From assembly GCA_051532035.1 (NCBI GenBank), contig JAOPTW010000015.1, forward strand, positions 64,001 to 128,000: a DNA stretch of 64,000 nucleotides. The letters run 5' to 3'. This DNA comes from Fibrobacterales bacterium. Lineage in GTDB: Bacteria > Fibrobacterota > Fibrobacteria > Fibrobacterales > JAOPTW01. The notes beneath the pieces are model-generated. The model was not told the origin of the DNA, did no database searches, and worked only from the letters and a program-made list of their open reading frames with translations. Numbering within the stretch: the first letter of the stretch is position 1; each line of letters starts with the position of its first letter. Of this stretch, positions 56,709 to 64,000 are shown piece by piece. A program made the position numbers and the translations under genes.

Positions 56709-57050
56709 TTACACTGCAGAATCACCCCGGTCACCAGTACTAATACGGATGGCCGTATCGATGGTTGACACATAAATTTTGCCATCCGACCGAAGGCCTG
56801 TATGAGCCCCCTGTTCTATGGCATCAAGTACTATTTGCACAATATTTTCACTACAGACGATATCAAGACGCACATGAACCGTATCATCAACCGGCGTATC
56901 AACAACATGTATTGGTTTATCCTGTGCCCTACTTCGACCATACCCTTCGATTCGAGTAATTGAAAGCCCAGTAAGCCCATCAATTTTATGAAGCCGCTCG
57001 ATAACTTCACGTTTCTTAATCTCTTTAATATACGCTTCTATTTTTTTCAT
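56709..57050 (-). CDS. P-II family protein associated with heavy-metal RND efflux
   Basis: MKKIEAYIK, GYGR, AHTG..SDGKIYV, AIRISTG.RG; ATGA overlap with czcA. Confidence 0.88.
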   Translation of the reverse strand: MKKIEAYIKEIKKREVIERLHKIDGLTGLSITRIEGYGRSRAQDKPIHVVDTPVDDTVHVRLDIVCSENIVQIVLDAIEQGAHTGLRSDGKIYVSTIDTAIRISTGDRGDSAV

Positions 57051-60000
57051 ATCGACTCCTTACTCTCAGTATACTCTATTGCAAGTTTAGGTGCAAACCA
57101 TTCATACATGGCGGGAATTAAAAAGAGCGTGAGAAATGTTGAGGAGAGTAAGCCAAAAACCACCACTGCAGCAAGGGGACGCTGTACCTCAGAGCCCACG
57201 CCAGTTGCAAGTAATAGGGGTACCAAACCCAGTATTGTCGTAAGAGCAGTCATGAGTACTGGCCTTATCCGCATTAATCCACCTGTAATAACTGCATCTA
57301 TAGTGGCAACCCCTTCCGTACGCAGTTGATTGATATAGGTCACCAGAACCAATCCATTTTGCACTGCAATTCCAAACAAAGCAATAAATCCAACTGATGC
57401 AGGAACCGAAAGATATTCATCGATAAGAATCAATCCAAGTATTCCGCCTATGAGAGCAAGGGGGACATTAATAAATATAAGCACTGCTTGTTTGCCGCTT
57501 TTTAGAGAAAGAAAGAGCATAAGAAAGATTACTGCAAATGCTGATGGTACAATAATCCCCAAGCGTTTCATGGCACGCTCTTGATTTTCAAATTGCCCTC
57601 CAAATTCAATAAAATATCCTGAGTCAAACGTTACACGGTCTGCGATACGCTCTTTCATATCGTTAACAACCGACCCAATATCTCTTCCACGAACATTTGC
57701 CGCGATAACCCAGCGACGCTGATTCTTTTCACGATTCACCTGAATGGGTCCAATAGTCGTTACCACGTCTGCAACATCACCTAAAGGAATTACAGTGCCG
57801 TTTTGGGTATGTACCAATAAACGCTTAATAACCTCAGGATCTTTACGATACTTCTCATGTACCCGTACATTAATACCAAACCGGCGAGTATTTACGTACA
57901 CCTGATCAATGGTTTCACCACCAATAGCAAGTTCAACTACTTCAAGTATTTCCGAAACAGTCACACCATATCGAGAACAGGCAGCTCTATTTGCAACAAT
58001 TTGCACTTGGGGCTGTCCAAAACTTTGCTCAATTGCAAGGTCAACGAGTCCCGGAATCCCTTCAACAGCCTCTTGAATCTCTTCTGCTTTTTTTCGAAGC
58101 ACCGTCAGGTCGTCGCCATACACTTTTACAGCAAGTTGAGTACGTACACCTGAAAGTAACTCATCAAAGAGGTTTTGAATGGGTTGGGTAAAATTAAGTT
58201 GTACTCCAGGGTAGTTGCTCAAAGTCCCATTTAATGCCATGACTAGGTCTTCTTTAGTTTCAAAGCGTTGCCACTCATCATGATCTTTCAGAGTCATTTG
58301 AATATTGGCAAAATTAACGGGATGAGGATGACTCCCAGCCTCGGGGCGGCCAATTTTTGCAAGTGTTTGAGAGATTGCATCACCATAATTTTTACCTATG
58401 ATTTGCTCCATCTTTAAAATGGTCTCTGTTGCTTTTTCGAGAGATATTGACGGAGCCATGGTTACGTTAACCTGAAGCACCCCCTCTTCAAGTGCAGGAA
58501 TGAATTCTGTCCCAATGGTCGCCACTGTAGCCAGCGAACCGATAAAGGCCACAAAGGCCGCAACCACCACTGTTTTTTTAAAGCGGAGTGCCGTAATGAG
58601 AAGAGGTCTATAAGCTCGTTTTAACACTCTCACAAGTATAAACTCTTGAGCAGGGACAGCCTTAAGCAAGAGCGATGCCAATACCGGTGAGAATACCAGG
58701 GCCGAGACAACAGAACCTATCAAGGCAAAGGTAATAGTAAGAGCCATTGGAGCAAACATCTTCCCTTCCACCCCTTCGAGTGTTAAGAGTGGTAAAAAGA
58801 CAACAATGATTATGGCAACTGAAAATAGAATTGGTCGAGCAACTTCTGAAACTGCAACAGTGATAATCTCAAATCGACTCACTCCACTCCGATTCGAATC
58901 AGATAATTGTCGATGGACATTTTCTATCACGACAATCGCCCCATCACCAAGCATACCAATAGCAATAGCTACTCCCCCGAGAGACATAAGATTGGCCGAC
59001 ATACCTGTCACTCCCATCACAATAGCAGCAGAAAGCGCGCACACCGGTAAGGAGAGTGCAACAATAAGTGCAGTCCGAATATTTCCTAAAAAGAGTAACA
59101 ACGTGAGTAACACGAGAATCCCGCCTTGCCACAGTGCATCAACTACCGTTGACGTAGCACTCTCGACTAGGCTTTTTTGATTATAGTACGGTACCAGTGT
59201 CACCCCTTTGGGTAACGATTTCTGTATCGCACTAAACTTATCTTCGAGACGATCAATAACATGGGAAGTATTTTCACCATATAATTTTATCACTATCCCA
59301 GCGACAACTTCTTCTTCACCATTTCGTGTCACCACTCCACGCCGAATTTCTGAACCGAAAGAGACCTCTGCAAAATCTTTAATGCGAATAGGGACTCCAT
59401 TGACCTCTTTAACTGTAAGGTTTTGAATATCATCACTGTTTTCAAGTAACCCAATTCCTCGGACCAAATACTCTTCGGACCCAACCACAAGAAATTGCCC
59501 CCCTGCGTTTCGGTTATTAGCATTGATGGTCTCAACAACATCTTCGAGGCCTATTCCAAGGCTCATCATTAAATGAGGGTTCAGTTCAACCTGATACTGC
59601 AGTATGTTACCCCCCATAGAGAGCACCTCGGTAACGCCCTTAACTGTTTGCAATTGGTACTTAACAACCCAATCATTTATCTCCCTCAAATACATGAGTG
59701 CGCCTTTATTCTCTGTATCAGCAGTAGAATCTATGGTGAGATAATACATAAATACCTCACCGAGCCCTGTTGATATCGGGCCAAGGGTTGGTGGCTCGTC
59801 AGACTCAGGGAGTTCTGCAATTGCCGATGTAAGGCGCTCTGAAACCAATTGACGGGCAAAATAGATATCAATATCATCATTAAAATAGATATAGATAACA
59901 GCCATGCCAAATGCCGAGGTCGACTTCACCAGACTGACACCAGGCAACCCATTCATTGCCGACTCAATAGGGAAAGTAATAAGCCGTTCTACCTCTTCTG

Positions 60001-60169
60001 GAGCCATGCCATGAGCTTCGGCATAAACAGGCACCATAACAGGAGAAATGTCGGGAAAGGCATCTGTAGGAAGCGAACGATAGGAGAATACTCCCCACAC
60101 AAGAATTCCTATGAGTGCTACTATAACCAGTATGCGGTTTCTTAATAAATACGTAATAAATGCAAACAT
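57047..60169 (-). CDS. CzcA/CusA-family heavy-metal efflux RND transporter
   Basis: DAFPDI, APEEVE..IT.PIE, ARQLVSERL, SANLMSLGG, DGAIVVIEN, EGKMF.PMA, GFIALFGIAV.NG, RIRPVLMTA, GSEVQRPLA. Confidence 0.95.
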   Translation of the reverse strand: MFAFITYLLRNRILVIVALIGILVWGVFSYRSLPTDAFPDISPVMVPVYAEAHGMAPEEVERLITFPIESAMNGLPGVSLVKSTSAFGMAVIYIYFNDDIDIYFARQLVSERLTSAIAELPESDEPPTLGPISTGLGEVFMYYLTIDSTADTENKGALMYLREINDWVVKYQLQTVKGVTEVLSMGGNILQYQVELNPHLMMSLGIGLEDVVETINANNRNAGGQFLVVGSEEYLVRGIGLLENSDDIQNLTVKEVNGVPIRIKDFAEVSFGSEIRRGVVTRNGEEEVVAGIVIKLYGENTSHVIDRLEDKFSAIQKSLPKGVTLVPYYNQKSLVESATSTVVDALWQGGILVLLTLLLFLGNIRTALIVALSLPVCALSAAIVMGVTGMSANLMSLGGVAIAIGMLGDGAIVVIENVHRQLSDSNRSGVSRFEIITVAVSEVARPILFSVAIIIVVFLPLLTLEGVEGKMFAPMALTITFALIGSVVSALVFSPVLASLLLKAVPAQEFILVRVLKRAYRPLLITALRFKKTVVVAAFVAFIGSLATVATIGTEFIPALEEGVLQVNVTMAPSISLEKATETILKMEQIIGKNYGDAISQTLAKIGRPEAGSHPHPVNFANIQMTLKDHDEWQRFETKEDLVMALNGTLSNYPGVQLNFTQPIQNLFDELLSGVRTQLAVKVYGDDLTVLRKKAEEIQEAVEGIPGLVDLAIEQSFGQPQVQIVANRAACSRYGVTVSEILEVVELAIGGETIDQVYVNTRRFGINVRVHEKYRKDPEVIKRLLVHTQNGTVIPLGDVADVVTTIGPIQVNREKNQRRWVIAANVRGRDIGSVVNDMKERIADRVTFDSGYFIEFGGQFENQERAMKRLGIIVPSAFAVIFLMLFLSLKSGKQAVLIFINVPLALIGGILGLILIDEYLSVPASVGFIALFGIAVQNGLVLVTYINQLRTEGVATIDAVITGGLMRIRPVLMTALTTILGLVPLLLATGVGSEVQRPLAAVVVFGLLSSTFLTLFLIPAMYEWFAPKLAIEYTESKESI

Positions 60170-60178
60170 ATACTCTCC

Positions 60179-61192
60179 TTAGTGCCCGTGCCCAGCATGG
60201 CCCGAAAGGGATTGGGTTACCACAGCAGCTTTAAGATCAAATGCTCCTTGTACTACATAGGTGTCACCAAACTCAATTCCTGATACCACCTCAGTAAATG
60301 ACACACCACGCCGACCGAGCTTCACAGGATGAGCCTTATATCCCCCTTTCGCTGGAGCAAACACTACCATTTCTTCATCCAGGAGCTGAATAGCACTATT
60401 ATGTACCACTATAGTTTTAGCACTCTCTTTTACTTCAATAGTTCCTTGAACAAACATTCCCGGGCGCCATTGACCTTTTCTATTTCTGAGTAATATTCGA
60501 GCTATCCCCGTTCTAGTTTCAGGATTAAGGAGTGGAGATATATAGCGAACACTTCCCGTTGTTTTCATTTGAGAACCAATAGTATTGATACTCACCTGAG
60601 TACCCAATGGCACATACCTTAATTGCTTAGGGAACAGTTTAAAGTCAACCCACACCGTTGAAAGGTCTGCTACTACAAAGAGAGTAGTCTCTTCTGAAGC
60701 GTACTCACCAACCGATGCATGTTTTTCAATAATTCGACCACTCATCGGGGCCTTCACCGTATACCGTGTAAAGGTTTCATTATTTTCAACAGTCGCCAGT
60801 ACCTCACCTTTTTTAACAAATGCTCCAATTTCTTTATTGGTCTCACGTATAACCCCCGAAAAACGAGGTGTGACATGGGTCAGGCGCTCTTGGTTCAGAA
60901 CAATCTCTCCGGGAATTTCAAATATTGTTGTAATTTCACGCTCGGTGACTGATTTAAGAGTGAGTCCGATCATCTTCTCCCCTTCAGCCGTAAGAGATAT
61001 AACCCCCTCCTCTAATGGTGCATGCCCATCATCAGAATGATTTTCCTCTTGCTCTGGCACCTCGGTTTTTTCATGAGCGTGCCCCGCATGATCATCGTCG
61101 TCTCCATGAGCCGCATCTTCACGATACTGCTCAACACCATAACTCAATGCTATCATTCCACAAATAATTCCTGTAACTACTCTCTTATTCAT
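60179..61192 (-). CDS. CzcB/CusB-type membrane fusion protein, His-rich termini
   Basis: HVTPRFSG, VKAP.SG, VADLSTVWV, ETRT..AR, WRPGMFV; His-rich N-terminus and C-terminal GHAGHGH. Confidence 0.9.
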   Translation of the reverse strand: MNKRVVTGIICGMIALSYGVEQYREDAAHGDDDDHAGHAHEKTEVPEQEENHSDDGHAPLEEGVISLTAEGEKMIGLTLKSVTEREITTIFEIPGEIVLNQERLTHVTPRFSGVIRETNKEIGAFVKKGEVLATVENNETFTRYTVKAPMSGRIIEKHASVGEYASEETTLFVVADLSTVWVDFKLFPKQLRYVPLGTQVSINTIGSQMKTTGSVRYISPLLNPETRTGIARILLRNRKGQWRPGMFVQGTIEVKESAKTIVVHNSAIQLLDEEMVVFAPAKGGYKAHPVKLGRRGVSFTEVVSGIEFGDTYVVQGAFDLKAAVVTQSLSGHAGHGH

Positions 61193-62453
61193 TCTCTACT
61201 CCTTCTGATTCCTGAGTATAAAGCGTATATTCCGAAATCTCTAATAGATCCGCTGCCAGGGTCGTCCATTCTAATTGTAATGCTATTAATGAAAATTGTT
61301 GTTCAAGGTATTCATTTCGAGATTCAAAAAGTTCTCGAATTCCTATCTTGCCTTGCATATAGTATTCGTTTAATGTTTCGTATGTTTTAAGATAGTTGGG
61401 TACTACTACCCGAGACACCACCTCAATTTTCTCTTTTAATAGAGATATTTCATTGACCAAATGTTGTATCGTTGCACCACGCTCACCGATCAACTGTTTC
61501 TGTGCCACACGCTCAGTTGTTTCACGTACCTGAGCTGCAGCAATCTCTCCTTGGTTTCTATTAAAGACCGGGATTTCTATAGAAGCCGACAACAGTCCAC
61601 TCATAGTTCCATCTTCATTATTTCTTTTTACGCCACCCGAGAGAGAGAGCTCAGAAAATGATTGAGTCTGTGCAACTGCAGTTTGAAGTCGCGCCCCTTT
61701 ACATTCAAATTCACTCAAAAGAAGGTCTGGATGTTGTTTACTCTTGCGCAATACTTCTGTAAGATTCACATCAGGATACGACCTAGGGAAGGCCCCTTTA
61801 ATGAGGAACGACTCAATTGAATCACGTCCCAGAGTTGCTGAGAGATCTATGTACCCCCCATCTAACGCCGTGGCCAACTCTTTCGCCTCTAACTCCAATA
61901 CGGTAATCTCTGTTTGAGCACGGAGTGTATCAAGCGCCATGCCCGCTCCAATAAGCACTCGCTGCTTGATTCTCTCAAGTTCATCCCGAGCAGTCCCTAT
62001 AACAGAATCCATAATTGCCATACGGCGATACACCCCAACAACCCCAAAATATGACCGCTGTACCGCAGCCTCTATTTTGAGTCTCTGCTGTTGTACCACT
62101 AAACCCGCCTTATCAACTTCTAATTGCTGCAAAGAAGCTATTGATGCCCGCTGCCCCCCTAAGGGAATTGTTTGCGAAACCATCAATTCAACCTCTCCTA
62201 TTCCTAGGTTTTCGGTCCCCAACTCAAACTCTGGATTACTCAGCAGAGATATCTGCCGTGCTGTATGACTCGCTTCACGTTTATGCTGCTCTGCAATAAC
62301 TCCTAAACGGTTATTCTCAAGCGCTTCACTCAGGAGTTGTGCATACGTGAGCGTCGTCTGGGCGCCCCCCATCAACGGCATCATCATTACAACGCCCATT
62401 ACTGATACTACTCTAGCTCTATAGTTCCTATAGAAAAGATGTTTAAACACCAT
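61185..62453 (-). CDS. CzcC/TolC-family outer membrane efflux protein
   Basis: ALENN, NPE, SQTIPLGG.R, HPDL, SIEIPVFNRNQG, Y..GKI...EL. Confidence 0.88.
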   Translation of the reverse strand: MVFKHLFYRNYRARVVSVMGVVMMMPLMGGAQTTLTYAQLLSEALENNRLGVIAEQHKREASHTARQISLLSNPEFELGTENLGIGEVELMVSQTIPLGGQRASIASLQQLEVDKAGLVVQQQRLKIEAAVQRSYFGVVGVYRRMAIMDSVIGTARDELERIKQRVLIGAGMALDTLRAQTEITVLELEAKELATALDGGYIDLSATLGRDSIESFLIKGAFPRSYPDVNLTEVLRKSKQHPDLLLSEFECKGARLQTAVAQTQSFSELSLSGGVKRNNEDGTMSGLLSASIEIPVFNRNQGEIAAAQVRETTERVAQKQLIGERGATIQHLVNEISLLKEKIEVVSRVVVPNYLKTYETLNEYYMQGKIGIRELFESRNEYLEQQFSLIALQLEWTTLAADLLEISEYTLYTQESEGVENE

Positions 62454-62557
62454 TTCGATTCCTTTATCAAATATTTAGTGGAAATAAAACGTTACATCAC
62501 GATACAGCACACCATTCCGTGTGAAGTATCAACCATATTGTATTTATAGAATAGTGG

Positions 62558-62968
62558 TTAACAAAGAATGATAACAGTTGCTCTTTGAGCAACCCGTCTT
62601 CTTCGTTCGATGAACTTTAGAACAGGGCTCATTTGATTATTAAGATTTGGCTGTACGAGTACATGCCACTGGACCACTGTGTGTGGGATAAAAATTGACA
62701 CATATTCAGCAAGGGATGCATCGATCTGTTCTGCTTTTGGTACAAGAGTAATATCAATACAATGCTCTTCTACTGGATGAAAAGTTACATCACTCTCAGA
62801 TGCATTGACTTCATTATGACTCTCGCAAGTAGTGTGTGAACTCTCAATATGAGTCTCATCTATATCTGTACAGAGATAGAATACCTCTTCAACAGCTCCC
62901 CCAAAAGAGAACAAGAGATGTGTAAAGAGAAGAGTAAATGCTAGTACCTGTTTCAACAGAGGCCTCAT
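62558..62968 (-). CDS. Cys/His-containing exported protein heading the czcCBA operon (CzcI-like position)
   Basis: N-terminal signal/TM, LC....HIE..H..C..H, HC.DI, basic-hydrophobic C-terminus. Confidence 0.55.
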   Translation of the reverse strand: MRPLLKQVLAFTLLFTHLLFSFGGAVEEVFYLCTDIDETHIESSHTTCESHNEVNASESDVTFHPVEEHCIDITLVPKAEQIDASLAEYVSIFIPHTVVQWHVLVQPNLNNQMSPVLKFIERRRRVAQRATVIILC

Positions 62969-63084
62969 AAAATAGTAGCCCTAATATACACTTTATTTGT
63001 AAAAATGCACATTAATCATTTCTATCACCTTTTAAAATATCTCAAAAAGGGCATATTACCGCAAATTAAGCCATTTAATGAGTA

Positions 63085-63999
63085 TTAATAGGTACCATAG
63101 ACTGACTTTAATGAATCATATGCTGGTTTTGGATTACGATCCACATCAACGACCCCAAAAAATTCTTCATTCCACACCAAATCTGGCCATGGCCCCCATC
63201 CACTCTCGGACTCCCATGTAGTATTCGTATCTTGGGTATTCCATCCTTCAAATTCACCCGCTCCCGAATATTTCCACCACTCGTCATTCCACTCGAAGAC
63301 TGTTCCGCCAATAAGCACACCCGACCCACTATTTGTTGCAGAGAGGTTATCCCGTATTTCACGAGTCGTCGCTGCAATGGCATAGGCTTGAGCCTCTTCA
63401 TCTTCTGCCATAATAAGTCGATTGAATGAGTCAGTTCCATATTCAGACATCATAAGAGGTTTATCACTCTCTTTTAAATGATCATCAAAAAGGTTATGAA
63501 AAGAGTCATTGGCATACACCTGAAATGAAAGCACATCTCCCTTTAATTGATTCAAGACATCATACCCTTCCCAAGGGCCTCCCCAGCTCACTACAACTGG
63601 GTGATTATTATCAACTGCTTTAATCTGTTCCACCATATCATTCGTTATTGCTATGGCGCGGTCTAGGCCAAAATCCTCTTCATTATACAAATTGTTATTG
63701 TTGATCTCATTCCCCACCATCCACATAAGAATAGCAGGATGATCACGAAAGTATTTGACGGTATTAATCGCAGTTGATTCTTTATCCCACCTATGATTCG
63801 CGTAGACAGTCATAATTATTTTTATACCATAGGAATGAAGCGTGTCAAGTACCGCTCTCCATGTATCAGTTCTTTTAAAAGGCATATAGGTACGAACAGT
63901 ATTAATATGGGCGGCCTTCATCTGGGCTGCATCTTTGGATGCCCACTCACGATACTGAGGAAGTTGCCCCGAGTGCGGAGCATCACCGACATCATAGGG
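63085..63999 (-). CDS. Clan GH-A glycoside hydrolase, GH2-like TIM barrel (5'-truncated by window edge)
   Basis: NTVRTY, WMVGNE (acid/base), MSEYG (nucleophile), FEWNDEWWK, EEFFG. The frame is open to the window end. Confidence 0.75.
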   Translation of the reverse strand, partial: PYDVGDAPHSGQLPQYREWASKDAAQMKAAHINTVRTYMPFKRTDTWRAVLDTLHSYGIKIIMTVYANHRWDKESTAINTVKYFRDHPAILMWMVGNEINNNNLYNEEDFGLDRAIAITNDMVEQIKAVDNNHPVVVSWGGPWEGYDVLNQLKGDVLSFQVYANDSFHNLFDDHLKESDKPLMMSEYGTDSFNRLIMAEDEEAQAYAIAATTREIRDNLSATNSGSGVLIGGTVFEWNDEWWKYSGAGEFEGWNTQDTNTTWESESGWGPWPDLVWNEEFFGVVDVDRNPKPAYDSLKSVYGTY

Positions 64000-64000
64000 A

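Noticed and set aside
54338..64000. Active mobile element or prophage at tRNA-Arg
   Set aside because: No integrase, transposase, terminal repeats or att duplication seen in the window.

Overview
This is a gene-dense chromosomal window from a Gram-negative (diderm) bacterium. Gene content and the overall look of the proteins suggest the FCB group, most likely Fibrobacterota, but that is an inference and was not searched. From 5' to 3' it holds: a truncated TamB-like gene with a TamA/Omp85 partner, a CheY-like regulator, PpiD/SurA, nadB, a FadL-like barrel with a lipoprotein, a 1091-aa cyclase-like/STAND/TPR protein, a DTW protein, mtgA, an RmlD-like SDR, two FKBPs, an HDOD pair, pyrR-pyrB-pyrC', apt, trxA, a GSCFA protein, a secreted HExxH protease, the dcw cluster (mraZ to ftsZ), a TSP3-repeat lipoprotein, an orphan fliN, a GT-C/NPCBM membrane protein, bamA-skp-lpxD-lpxC-fabZ-lpxA, tRNA-Arg(UCG), an arsR-permease-thioredoxin and czcCBA-PII metal block, and a truncated GH2-like gene. 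I found no CRISPR array, integrase or transposase. The strongest novelty candidates are: (1) an intact but catalytically stripped MurD-like ORF occupying the mraY-murD slot of the dcw operon; (2) a dcw promoter with two opposed 10-bp-periodic MraZ-type arrays around an NrdR-box-like palindrome; (3) an FtsZ tail with three copies of the C-terminal anchoring peptide; (4) several other intact ORFs with lost catalytic or binding motifs. All functional calls come from motif recognition by eye.
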